A DNA stretch of 46,715 nt, counting the filler, from Catajapyx aquilonaris (taxonomy: Eukaryota): NCBI GenBank assembly GCA_000934665.2. It is 2 parts of 2 records of this genome, joined end to end, with 100 filler letters (N's around TTAATTAATTAA, not from the genome) between each part and the next. Parts side by side here need not be neighbours in the genome. Positions count along the whole stretch, not along the records: positions 1 to 23,179 come from JYFJ02005715.1; positions 23,280 to 46,715 come from JYFJ02005716.1. One strand, written 5' to 3'. Shown here piece by piece: positions 21,502-33,113 of the stretch. The notes beneath the pieces were generated by a model. The model saw only the letters and a list, made by a program, of their open reading frames with translations. It did not search any database and had not been told where the DNA came from. The translations under genes were made by a program, and so were the position numbers. The stretch's first letter is position 1, and every line of letters begins with the position of its first letter.

Positions 21502-21899
21502 TTCTCAGTTGGTGAGCTGTAGGGGAAAGGGTCATTGTATTAATGACCAATATATTGCAAATGCAGGAATTAACCAAGATGTAATTCTCCCCAAGAATTA
21601 TCTACCTCAACAACATCGTGAGGAATAATCTTCTGGATTATTTCCTCCAGTCATGCATACACATTGCCATTGGTCTATGAAAATATTCACATGACACTTG
21701 ACTGTAAATGACATGCATAACCCTGGTTCAACAGCTCCAGCCAATTGTGGATCGAAAATACAATGAGGTATTTTTTTAAATTCATTAGTTCCTTCAAGTA
21801 AATATACACATTTCGACCTTTGAGGTCCACCTGTGTGCTGTACAATCCCCATCTCTCTTGTGGAAAGAATGTACATGGGTTTTATTCTATGTTTGTGTT

Positions 21900-22329
21900 A
21901 AGCCCTTTGTGTTGGTGTGGCTGTTGTGTGACCACACCACAACTGTCCTTTGTTGTGGCCCTACCAAGCACAGTCTGTCACATTGCCCGATAATTTTAGA
22001 TAGTTGCGAGCATAGCAATATGAGCACGAGATGTGTGGGTTGTGAATCCGCCCACAATACTTGCTGCCTTATGCCAACAAATGTTATTATGGCTTTGCCA
22101 AGCACCTTCCAGCGATTGTCAATCGGCGAAGCCACAATAACATTCGTTGGCTTGGGGCGCACAGACACAGTATTGCTGGGCAGATACACAAGCCGCAATA
22201 AGCGCTCATCTCACTAAGGTCACACCTAACTAAAATTGACAGGCAATGCGACAGACTGTGCCTGGCAGGGCCACAACAAAGGAGTGTCCTAGCACGATCA
22301 ACCCAAAGCCATACCGACACAAAGTGCTT
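21900..22329. mobile_element. Diverged foldback MITE upstream of the second MATH-BTB gene
   Basis: aagccctttgtgttggtgtggct...agccataccgacacaaagtgctt. Inner arms such as tcctttgttgtggccct/agggccacaacaaagga pair throughout. Absent from the homologous flank of the first paralog. Confidence 0.75.
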
Positions 22330-23179
22330 CATCCATCTCCCCATCACCTCCGTATCCATAGGTATATATGAATAAGCAGTAATGACCAGAATTAGCTGTT
22401 GCTGTTTTAAAATGACCACAGGTAGGCCTGGATGTTTCAAACGGACCACACCTAGGTCTGGTCATTTTTTTTCGGCCAATGACCATTTTTGGGGTGCAAA
22501 ACTTTTTTGAATTCTCCCATTTCTTTCCAATCCATAAACATCTAAGCACCAAAATAGTTCAAGAGCTGAATCATTCCATTTTGCATTAATTTTCCATAAT
22601 GGACAAGTTTGCAGTACATATTGGACAGGTTTGCACTACATTGGCAAATTCTTTCTCACTGATGTCTGTATCCTCAACGCAGCTTCATCATTAATTTCAG
22701 AAATGAGTTAAATGCTGCAAAATTAATAAGGGCTGGGATCACTGAAATCATTGAATCAAATTTTTCACCTGTTGTTAATCCCAGCCAACAAAATAACCAG
22801 CAGCAGTTCATACCAATCATTCTGAAGAGAAAAAACGACTAAATTTAGTTTAACTGACTGTGAGTGAAGCACACCATGGGGTTAAAGTGTGGTTGCACCA
22901 CCTCCAGGGAAATTTTCCAGCAGTTGAAGCCACAAGTTGCTTTCAACGATGACTAACACAGAAGTCTCTTCTGACTCTTGCCCAGCTGGAAAATATGGTT
23001 GGAGTTGGTATAACCAGACCCTAATCCACCAACAATATTCCATTTAAAACTGCAATCTAATACATATTTCCATCTAATACTTTCCAGACCTATATCTGTC
23101 TGTCTGTCTCTCTGTCTGTCACCTAAACAGATCGATACGGAGGCCTCCACATATGCCCCATGGGTATCACCAGGGGTAG

Positions 23180-23279
23180 NNNNNNNNNNNNNNNNNNNNN
23201 NNNNNNNNNNNNNNNNNNNNNNNTTAATTAATTAANNNNNNNNNNNNNNNNNNNNNNNNNNNNNNNNNNNNNNNNNNNN
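23180..23279. other. Artificial assembly gap/contig linker
   Basis: 44 N + TTAATTAATTAA (stop codons in all six frames) + 44 N, exactly 100 nt. Confidence 0.95.
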
Positions 23280-24090
23280 CACATTTTAATTTATTAATAA
23301 ATAACACCGTTAAATGTGGTACAGCCAAGTGTATCAATTTCTGAAAAAATCCACTTGCAATAAATATTTTTTAATTGTGTGCTAGATTTTTTGTAATTAA
23401 TGTCATAACTGTTTTTGGGTTTGTGCGGCCCCTCAGGTTCATTATCAACATTTACATCCCGCTAAGTAAGAAATAAACATAGTGGCAGCAATTTTTACCA
23501 GACCCCACAGAAATTCACTGTCCAAGGTATAATCGTATTTATTTCAGTTGTTAACTGTCAAATGAACTTCAAATTTGGTATCCTCCTAGCTCAATTGTTA
23601 CTATTCATAATTATCCATTCTAAAGTCCAGATAATCTTAATGGAAACTTTTTATCACATCCTGTGTATAACCCCACCACTCCATTTTTTGGGGGTGTCCC
23701 AATATTTTCAGATCAGGGCAAGTATAAATTTGTGCAGTGATTTGTTTTTCCCAGACTGTTAAATGTCAGATTTGCCAGGGATTTTGTTGTGTCAACCACC
23801 AGGTTTGCATGCATTGTCACATAAAAACAGTGACAGCCAAGTTAAGACGTTTTTTTTTTTTAAATAGTATAACTGCCATGACTGTGTAACTTGTGGCAGT
23901 ACTAGAAGATAGTATACAAGCATATTCCACCAAATCTCCAGATGTGGAATCAATTTCCAGACACGCTACCTGGATTGGTTGGAGCGAACTGGTACCAAAC
24001 TTGTACATATTGCCCTGGAATACTAGTTGTACTATATTTATGTACCCTATGTCAATACACGGATTTTATGTTGTACAGATTTTGTTATTA

Positions 24091-24240
24091 CAGTGAAACC
24101 TGCCCATTACTGACCCTGGGTAGCGGAACCCTATCCATTGTGGGATATTTCTGGGAATGGGGCGTATGCATAGGACATGCAATGTATTTTTTGACGGATG
24201 TTACGGAACCTGCCCAATGCGGAAATGGAAGGGATTTTTG
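24091..24240 (+). mobile_element. Partial Tigger-like MITE end
   Basis: TA followed by cagtgaaacctgccca, with internally repeated ggaacc(t)gccca motifs. No partner TIR found. Confidence 0.35.
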
Positions 24241-25259
24241 TCTCTTCAGATAAAATCTCCGTTCATAATGGAAATCAAAAGGTTCACATTATCTCCTACG
24301 AGTCACAAAAATTTGTAGCCTTAATGATATTTGTGAGGAAAGGGGACTATTTTTGGTTGGAAAACAGAAAGACGGTTTGTTGGGGGGGGGGGNATTATTT
24401 TGTAGATGCCCTGCCTTCCAAGTTTAGTTCACCTGTTACATTTCACGGATCGCTAGAGATTTGCGAATCTGCATGGGAGTTGGGATAGGGATTAAGGATA
24501 GGTCAGGTGATCAGGATCTAGTAAGTTCAGTGCCAATTTTGTACTCCATGAAAGGAGGAGATCAGGGGCACTCGAATCACAGCGAGAGTTGATCATGTGC
24601 ACATTTATTATCAGGCAAATCAACAACCACTATAGGTACAGTATATACAGGACACTACATAGGATGACCACATTGCTTCTGGCCGGACATGCCAGGACCT
24701 GAAATCCGGGAGGCACTTGTTGGTGGGAATTGACTTCCCGAGACAGGAATGACGACGTGTGCTGATGAACTCTATTCTGTGGTTCAAACTTGGAGAGTCC
24801 AAGCTACACACTGGCAGGAGGGTGGCAGATGATGTGTTGATGTTTATTTGTTGGCTGTAACACCCCCTTGGTAGCACCCCAGCCAGGTCTGGAACACAAG
24901 ACCTGAACACTCCGTGAACTGGCCCAACTCCAACTGTGGGCCTCAACCGTCTTTTTTGGGTTCCCCCTCTCTACAGAACAAAGCGGTGTAAGGTGTGAGT
25001 GCAGTGCGAGGGAGGGAGGGAGGGAGGGAGAGAGAGCAAAAACCCCTGAACACGATTGGATCTAAGACCATGGTGTCACATGTCTACCTTAGATGTACCG
25101 GTATATTTAACGTCTGTAAGATATTCATATGGCTATACAGCATTTTTGTAGATCTGTTGTAGATACTGTATCTGCACAATGTCTTAAGAAGATGTGAGAT
25201 GTTCATGGTATGAAGATATCAGTCAGACGTAGACGAGGAGATGTCCGAACATCTGGATA

Positions 25260-25518
25260 ATAATGGATACCCCTTGATAGGCCTCCTTGGGCCTCTTAGG
25301 GGATCATCTTTTGAATAACCACCTTTAATCATTGCCTTTGCTGTGATGGATTTTGATTGCGGGAGGAAACGGGAGAACCCCGCGAAAACCCACGCGAACA
25401 CGGAGAGAACCCATCGAAACTCTATCCACATAAGTATCCTCCGTCCGACCCGGGGATCGAACTCGGGACCTTAGAGGTGGAATGCTGCGGCGCTAACCAC
25501 TCGGCCACCATCTCGCCC
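25260..25518 (-). mobile_element. tRNA-derived SINE with V-SINE-like core, copy 1
   Basis: Minus strand: A box tggccgagtgg, B box gagttcgatccc, then ttctctccgtgttcgcgtgggttttcgcggggttctcccgtttcctccc. Short (att) tail; degenerate TSD ga(a/t)catctggata-like. Confidence 0.8.
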
Positions 25519-25733
25519 TGATGAATATCTGGATATTTTCTACAGACGTCTACATATCTGTGCTACATTGTACAGATTTTCTGTGCTACCTGGAATAAGA
25601 CCATTTTGTCATTAAGATTCTATATTAGCTGGCAAGACAGGAATTTATGTAGGCCCTATTCACTTGCAAGTAAACAAGTGCAAGATCAAAATATGTTTGC
25701 CTTCCATTATCTCGAAACTGGTGTCTTAGAATC

Positions 25734-25953
25734 GTTTGTTTGTTGGTTGTGCCAACTGAGGCTATCTGACAATCGTATAGTGGGTTTTTGGTAGTGGGAG
25801 GAAACGGGATAACCCCGAGAAAACCCATGCAAACACGGCGAGAACCCATCGAAACTCATTCCACATAAGTGTCCTCCGCCCGACCCGGGGATCGAACTCG
25901 GGACCATAGAGGTGGAATGCTGCGGCGTTAACCACTACACCACCTTGTTGCCA
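25734..25953 (-). mobile_element. tRNA-derived SINE with V-SINE-like core, copy 2
   Basis: Same head and core as copy 1, with a (caaa)-type tail. Perfect 13-bp TSD gtgtcttagaatc at 25721-25733 and 25954-25966. Confidence 0.88.
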
Positions 25954-26483
25954 GTGTCTTAGAATCAGTGGGTTTCACTTGTAATACCCCAATAATGTAA
26001 GGGTGTAGGCATGTAGCAATAATGCCTTTTAGGCAAGTTGCAACATAACTACGTGCCACGAGGGGGTACTCACTCGACTGTAAAGTGTACACTGGAGTAC
26101 CAAATTCAAGGAGTACCTGGGAGTACCTAAGGAGTATATACAACCTTTGCNCCCCCCTATACCAGGTGAGGCAGAATTCCAAGTCAATTTCTCACTTGGT
26201 TTTATAAAATTATTTTTTGGTAGATCTGTCTAAAAATAGTGCCAAACATGACTTGGTAATTGCTTACCAAAAGTGGTAAGTTATTATAATCTCTATTTCA
26301 ACATATTGTGGAGTTCAGAATAATGGCTCAGGAAGCCCATCCAGAATTCACCGAGAGACATCAACAGTGAAAAGTACTCACTAGTCACTACATTGCCATA
26401 CAATAATCATATAGGCTGGTTGCACTTCTCACGATATAAAAACGCCTTTTTCTGCTGTCTTAAATTATTGTAGGCAACAACTA

Positions 26484-26528
26484 TCCCCTGCCCATTCGGC
26501 CTAGGCCTCAGGGTGGGGTTAATAAACC

Positions 26529-26580
<52 letters not shown>
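26484..26580 (+). mobile_element. 5'-truncated retroposon tail with (TTA)n end
   Basis: ~45 nt body with aataaa, then (tta)n. Flanked by direct repeat gtaggcaacaacta (26470-26483 and 26581-26594). Confidence 0.85.
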
Positions 26581-26707
26581 GTAGGCAACAACTAATCAAA
26601 AATCCATTACGAGAAAAAAATCCCTATGAGAAAAAATGCGCAATAATGTACCGGTATGTATCGCGAGCGTTACAATTGGACCGAAATAATTTAATTTATA
26701 AGCGTAT

Positions 26708-27245
26708 GTGGAAATGTTGCATCATCTGATGGATTTTGTGCATTTCCACAAGATCAGACACATAACAGGGCTAGTCAGAAAACCCAGGCAGCTCATGACT
26801 CCGCAAATTCTGGTTATGCCTTACTCCTATCTCACCTGGGTCTTATTTCTGCTGGCAGCGCTTTTGTCCCCGCGTTTTTCTCGGTGGTCTCAAAGGTTCA
26901 GGCAGTATTTAGGCAAAAGCATGAGTTGCTGCCTGTGCTCTCTGCATTCAAGCATTTAGCCAGGGTGTCCTTAGAACAGGTTCCCAAGTTTCACCGTGGC
27001 AACGCCTGCACTAACAGAGACGTTCAGATATTGGATCCAAGTGTACAATTCTATTGGCCTGGATGTAAAGAGGACTAGGTTAGTGAAACACCAGCAACTG
27101 CTACCATTACGTGAGAGTATAATCAAATATAGCATACGAGAGGCAGTGAAACTTGGTCACATACAGTTCCTGGGGTCGTACAAAATTTCGTTGGAAATCT
27201 TTTCTCCATGGTAGTCTTCACTTTCGAAATTGAACTCTTTTGTAA
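26708..27245 (+). pseudogene. Ionotropic receptor pseudogene (frameshifts and large internal deletion)
   Basis: Three frames match the intact IRs: RKPRQLMTPQILVMPYSYLTW (cf. RKPRPIITPLILVMPYSYWTW), FKHLARVSLEQVP (cf. LKYLAKIVVEQYP) and FRYWIQVYNSIGL (cf. INKWTHIFNSIGL). M3 and most of S2 are missing. Confidence 0.85.
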
Positions 27246-28461
27246 CAAATGATAGACATTCACCCTTGGGTTGACCAAATCCTTACGGACGCCTCTATAA
27301 TACTGTATTATACTGTAAACCTGACATGGACAATTCATCTCTATTGTAACGATAATTTTGTTCGTAGTAATTATATACATACACCCAGAGTAGAGTGTGT
27401 GAGGCATATATAGATGCACATTCTTAGCAAGCCATTCTTTTGCATGTTTTAAAAACTGAAGATGTCTGTGGCTTTAGTGTGCTTAGGATTAAAGTCTTCA
27501 TAGCTGTATGACCATTATTGTTGAATTTAGATTTGCAATCGGAAGAGGATCTATCAACTAGAACATGCATAAATATTGCAGTTAAACTATTAACATCAAT
27601 TAAAGTTCTGATTAAGATAATCACAAAATAAGTGCATTTGAACAGATGAAAGTTCATCTGGAGCTAATGATATTTAGTAATATTTGGACAGTATATTTGT
27701 GAATATAGTGAGCTTCACTGACAAAATGGTGGTGAATTAAGCTGGATTCCTGGAATCATATTTATATCATATTATGGCAATTAATTCATTGAATACTCTC
27801 AATGCACTGCAATCATTTTAGTTGAGGGGCACAAATTCAATGCCACAAAATTAATATATTCAGAGCATGGAAATATCTGGGAGTTCTGATACTCGGTTAT
27901 GTCTGACTGGATCACATCTTTACTGACAGGGTGCTTCGAGTCTGAATAATGAATATCAAGGATAATACTCTGGATCCATGCAGCTCTTAAGGTGCTGTTG
28001 CATTATGGTCATTTTTATACATGTAATGAGCTTATTACGTAATATATAGTTCAAAAAGATGGCGAATATTTTGCAATGAAAGCATCAGATAAAAAATTGT
28101 TGTCTTTGAAGACCAACTTGATATGCAATATTACATGAAGGTGCAGTCTGCCTTTGCTCGAGTGCTGTGTAAATAGCAAATAATTTGCATTTTTCCTGAA
28201 AATTTGGAGGTGTGTAATATCCCCTTTAGTTGGTACGAAATTGTACCCTTTACTGCTAAAAGACCCTGAACCCATTCCATAGTTTATTAGTAACTTGTTG
28301 CCTGACATTTTGATCTCATACAATCCGCCCTTTACAGAAGCAGCCTCAAACATCTGTGCTGCTCTGGAGACGTGACTGCATGCTACGATGGATAACTCAT
28401 TTGGCTGAGACACTCCCAACAACCAACATGGTCATCTCCTTTCATCGCCTGCCCCCAACGC

Positions 28462-28462
28462 A

Positions 28463-28523
<61 letters not shown>
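28462..28523. repeat. (TTA)n microsatellite
   Basis: Directly visible; the source of the poly-L/poly-I ORFs. Confidence 0.9.
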
Positions 28524-28525
<2 letters not shown>

Positions 28526-28649
28526 CTACGCCATTTACACCTATCCAAACAAACAACCCTAGCCTCAGCCACGTCCATGGGTAAATAGGTAAATATGTCT
28601 GAGGATAAGGTGATGTCTGAGGTGGGCAGGGGTGGGGGGTGGGACATGT

Positions 28650-28766
28650 TGTTTTTAGGTTTATTCTCATGAGTTTTATTAGTTCATATGTTGGGTTAGC
28701 TTGCGTCTCCCTTCATCGCTGACTACCCCTCATAGGGAAATGTCGTGATGTTGTTGTTGTTGTTGT
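28650..28766 (+). mobile_element. Dispersed ~115-bp retroposon-like 3' end with (GTT)n tail
   Basis: Near-identical inverted copy at ~41991-42110 (ctcatgagttttattagttcatatgttgggttagcttgc...ctacccctcatagggaaatgtcgtgatgttgttg). Confidence 0.75.
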
Positions 28767-29109
28767 ATTATTATTATTATTATTATTATTTTACGTTACC
28801 CCGTGATAAGGCTTAGCCTTTTTAGGGGGGTGGGATACCACCATTTTCACTCCTTAACTTCATACACTGGTGCAAGGAGACAAGGATGTAGGGTAGGGAT
28901 AGGGATTTTTGGGGAGGGAACATAGGTGCAAGTGCAATGGCGGTAAAGGGGTCATGTGCTGTCCCCCAGGAGGTTAGGTTGCCAGACACCTCCTTGGTGC
29001 AGGTCAGAGACCCTCCTGACGCAGGTGAAAGGAAAGTTCCCCAGGCGGGGATCGAACCTGGGGCCTTTCACTCAGCAAGCCGTGACGTTACCATCACGGT
29101 CACCACACC
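28767..29109 (-). mobile_element. tRNA-derived SINE of a second family with (TAA)n tail
   Basis: Minus-strand head ggtgtggtgaccgtgatggtaacgtcacggcttgctgagtgaaaggccccaggttcgatccccgcctgggga contains the B box. Body unrelated to the V-core SINEs. Abuts the (GTT)n tail of the previous element. Confidence 0.7.
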
Positions 29110-29450
29110 TCTCTCTCTCTCTCTCTCTCTCTCTCNCCCCAACGCAATTATGGTTCTTCGAGTGACTCGAGCTGCCAACTGCCGCACTTATTGGTGAGTC
29201 CTATTCACTTGCTTTCATTTATTGGTGCCTCGTCGTGTCTTGATGAGAAATGGGATAATCCACGTACAGTTTGAGCTGAAGAATCGAAATGTGAAGGCAA
29301 CTTAGGAGAAAGTGTAGAAGTGACATGTATGTCAGGTTCATTCAAACATAGGGCTGCAATCTGATTAGTGTTAGGTGGCTGCATCAATTAGGAATCACGG
29401 CTGAAAACTCGCCCTAGACATTCAGACCACTGCACTGGTGTGAAGCTTGT

Positions 29451-29613
29451 CTAGTGGGGATCACACATGTGTGGGACCCTAGCACCAGGAGGATGCGGAG
29501 GGTTCGGCATGAGTGGTGTAGTACGAGGAGCGTGATGGGCCGTGTATGGAGGGGGCAGGTCACCATACTCGGCCCGTTCATTAGGGGATGGTTGCTGATC
29601 ATAGTGGTGGTAA
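29451..29613 (-). other. Possible terminal coding exon with PPxY motif; parent gene not identified
   Basis: Acceptor tatttcag followed by YHHYDQQPSPNERAEYGDLPPPYTAHHAPRTTPLMPNPPHPP...*. GC-rich relative to flanks. Confidence 0.35.
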
Positions 29614-29986
29614 CTGAAATAATCAATAGGCAATGATTAATGAAAATAGCATAAAATTCGCATTTTTTAAAGGATGTTGTTTAAAAAGAATGGTGATAGA
29701 CCAGTTAAGTAAATGGGTATTTTGATTCCAGGAATGTATCAGATAGAGAGGAACTATTTGGGTGACAGGATGTTGGATCAACTGTCTACTCAATTATCGG
29801 TAAGGTAATATGTGGGAGGAGAGTGATGTTTTTAATGCCACACATGCACAAAAATTGTCTTTTAAAAATTATTTTTAAATCTTCCAAACTATAGGCATTC
29901 ACAGTTCTGCCCTTATGTCACAAAGGAGGGCTGCAAAGACTAATAAATATGCACCTGGCAGTTAGGAAATTTCAATTCAGATTTAA

Positions 29987-30257
29987 CCCTGGAACCGTGA
30001 CATGCGATGTGGGGTCCTTCAGGACCCCATCCATATTTTAATTTTTATACATTTTTATATAATACTTTTCAATGTATTGACTATATTCAATCATTCTTTG
30101 AACAATGCCTAAAATGATCGCTCATTCAAATTAATAAACATGCACTTCCTGTGTTATATTACTTTTAAAAAATGGCAAAAGTTCCTTGTAATAAATTATC
30201 ATTTTAATGCATTTTAATTCCTTTGGGCTCCTAAGTCCACGTCACGGTTCACAGTCG
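29987..30257. mobile_element. Degenerate piggyBac-like MITE
   Basis: TTAA followed by ccctggaaccgtgacatg, with a partial reverse complement cacgtcacggttcacag near 30238-30254. Confidence 0.4.
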
Positions 30258-31772
30258 TAACTCTGATGTAAGTTCAAAAAAATTGAAAATGTCCCTTGAT
30301 CTCAGCTGCTTGATTGTTGAATAATATTATTGATGGGCATAAATCAAAGAGTGTGTTATTCCGCATGTTATTATTTCCCTGTCATCTCCTTACTATGCTG
30401 CTACCCTAGTGCGTGCATTATAAACCTCGCCAAGACATTCAGCCACATTTTAAATGGAAAAGGAAAATTGCAAAGAAGGACGACGCAAATCTGCCATCGC
30501 ATCACATATTTTCATGGCCAGAATAATTATTAAGGCTTCTACTGTGCTGCGTACACTTTCGTTCAACCTGAAACTAGCAGCTCTAAGAGGTATACCTGCT
30601 TCGAATTAACTGCTTAAAACAAGCAGCTTGTGGCAACCAAAACCGCTAACCACGACGGAAATTTCAGTTGGAACACCCGGTAGTATATCAGGAGGGGTTG
30701 CGAAAGACTCCATCAGTTACAATGAAGCAAATTTTCCTAGATCCTAAAATGATTAGCAACGTACAGTATGAAATAATACTCAGTGTTTGATTATTATGGC
30801 AATTAGCTCTTGTTATGGCTCATGGTCTTTGTTATGAGTTATGACGTGCTGATGTGGAAATGTAATGACAGCTGGATGCAAAATGGTATGAAACTCGCCT
30901 TTGAACGTTTTCCACGTCATCACGTACGGAAAACCCTGCACACGCAGAGTATTATGGTATGTGACACGTGTGATGGCTTTTTGCCCTGCTTCAGCATATA
31001 GCCTTAGCCTTGAGGAAGACTGACATCCTTTTGCACGTTGCACTGCGCGGATTACGCATCCAACACACACTGTATACATACTCTATAATCGGAATCGATG
31101 CATTTCGTAAAAATGAAATCAATGCGGAACAAGTCACAAAATAATATTGAAGTTTACAATGTGCAATAAGAATGCATCCTCTGCCGCTGGGACCATGCTA
31201 ATTCAAGTTCCGCTGTGTATCGAGCAGTGACGGTCAGGTTTTACACCGCACTTATTTTATTAACATATATGCTACATCAATGCTGGCGTTTTTGGTGACA
31301 GTTACTATAGTTTGGATATTGATTAAGAACGACACACCAAATGCTGTCGTAACTAAATGCCTCTTATTGCGTGCATGGTAGTCATACATTGCTTATTCAA
31401 AGTGAGGAACATGCACTTTTGATGGACTTACACGTGCGTGACGACTTGCTGTAGCAGTGGCTGTGGTGCAGGTGGTGCCTGCAGGTGGTAATGCAGTACT
31501 GCAGCAGCCCCTACTCCTGCAGTGTTATTATTAATCTTTCTGATGGCCCCCTGTGATGCTGCTGCTGCCTCTGATTTCTGCTGCTCATACTTCGGAAGTG
31601 TAGTAGTTTACGCTCTGCAAGTTGTCCATCCACTGCCTGCTGTACACAGTGCACCAAGAACTCAGACTGATGGTAATAAACTGTTGTTCAGCGAATGTGT
31701 CGACATTACGCAATGTTTCATCGACTGACTCTGCATGAACTTGGGCTTATGACTGGATGCGCTTATCCACTG

Positions 31773-32218
31773 AGTTGCAATGTAAGGCCCGGGGGGGTGA
31801 TGGAGGCCTCCATCACCCCCCCGGGCCTTACATTGCAACTGTAGCCCAGCTGCTTCCCCAGTTCTATGAACTGTTTTTCCTTGCCAGCTGTGGAACCTAC
31901 TCCTGTAGGGCTGTAGGTACCCCGCCACTAACAGCCCCTGCCTCTTTTTGATAGTTTCTGTTGGTGGGGTGCCAAGTGACATCTCCGACAGACATGCCAT
32001 ATGGCATGTCTGTCGGAGATGTCACTTGGCGTCCCACCAACAGAAACTATCTGTTTCTGTTTCTGTTGGTGGGACGCCAAGTGACATCTCCCACCAACAG
32101 AAACTATCAAAAAGAGGCAGGGGCTGTTGGTGGCGGGGTACCTACAGCCCTATAGGAGTAGGTTCCACAGCTGGCAAGGAAAAACAGTTCATGGAACTGG
32201 GGAAGCAGCTGGGCTACA
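31773..32218. repeat. Compound palindrome cluster
   Basis: Perfect loop-less 68-bp palindrome 31773-31840; 102-bp near-perfect palindrome 31950-32051 centred on tgccat|atggca; outer inverted arms ~31840-31969 and ~32091-32218. Confidence 0.92.
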
Positions 32219-32722
32219 CAGTTATTGCAGCCCAGGATCAACAGAAGGCCAATGTAGCCACAGTCCAGGGACGAGCTGCCAGTAGGGAAGGTGCAAGGGG
32301 GGCAGCAGCTGGGGCGCAACCACAGCAGGGTGGAGGAAATAACAACACTGTTAAGAAAAAGATTGATGATTGCAAGTGGTTCATAACAGGAAGATGCTTC
32401 CGGGTTCGTACAGTCTGATAATAACCTGCAACACACACAGTTAATTAATGTACTTGTAACGAGCACGCCACACAGCTTTTTTCCCTTCAATTATTCGACA
32501 GCCTGACAAATGCCAGTACCGCCACCATTACCCTGCCAAGAGAGCTACAACGGTGTGTCCTCGCTGGTGGGAGGGCAAGTGTCACAACCACAAGTGCAAT
32601 ATGAGACATATATTCTGCTAGAATATGTTGGTGAGGAGGATGGCTCCGATGATGACAACAACGACTACGCTGGACACAGAGGGCGAGAAGAAAAGTCACA
32701 GGATGACTGCTGCTGCATGTGA
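32106..32722 (+). pseudogene. Tandem CCCH zinc-finger gene of ZC3H11A/C12orf50 type; 5' end rearranged, possible frameshift near 32610
   Basis: Splicing 32403 to 32502 (GT-AG, phase 0) gives DDCKWFITGRCFRPDKCQYRHHYPAKRATTVCPRWWEGKCHNHKCNMRH, two CCCH fingers spaced like the ZC3H11A N-terminus. TAG at 32619-32621, while an acidic coding-like tail continues in another frame to 32722. Confidence 0.7.
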
Positions 32723-32931
32723 GGATATTTTTTATGAAAGTAAGTCCACTGTTGCTTCCACACAATAAAACACCTGAAGTGACTATTGTTCTTTACAGAC
32801 TGTGAAGGGAAAAAAACGCACTACAGAAGCCAACATCCATATAAAAATAATGTCAGATACTCCATCTACTCCATCTTGCTGAGTCTGATTCAACGTCACG
32901 TGAAACATTTCTGAAGAACACAGTATAAATA

Positions 32932-33113
32932 CAGTTGACTCCGGATATAACAGCCTTGGCTATAACAGATTCTCATTGGTTATAGCAAACTGCAAAGGCT
33001 GGTCCCGCCATACTTACATATTATATGGCCTGTGTATTCGACTATATCAGACGTCGGTTATAACATACTGATTTCCTCAGTCCCTTGAAGTCTGTTATAA
33101 TGGGAGTCTACTG
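32932..33113. mobile_element. Tigger/pogo-type MITE
   Basis: TA-cagttgactccggatataacag...ctgttataatgggagtctactg-TA. Confidence 0.8.

Noticed and set aside
25440..25518. tRNA gene (also ~25875-25952 and ~29035-29109)
   Set aside because: A/B boxes run directly into SINE bodies with tails and TSDs, and no clean cloverleaf is evident.
27424..28430. Decayed coding-like sequence on the minus strand
   Set aside because: Multiple stops and no recognisable family motif.
28356..28647. Poly-Leu/poly-Ile membrane-like ORFs
   Set aside because: Translations of the (TTA)n microsatellite.
31420..31770. Possible inverted decayed copy of the CCCH gene's low-complexity region
   Set aside because: Similarity is limited to Ala/Gln/Asn-rich composition, and stops occur in all frames.
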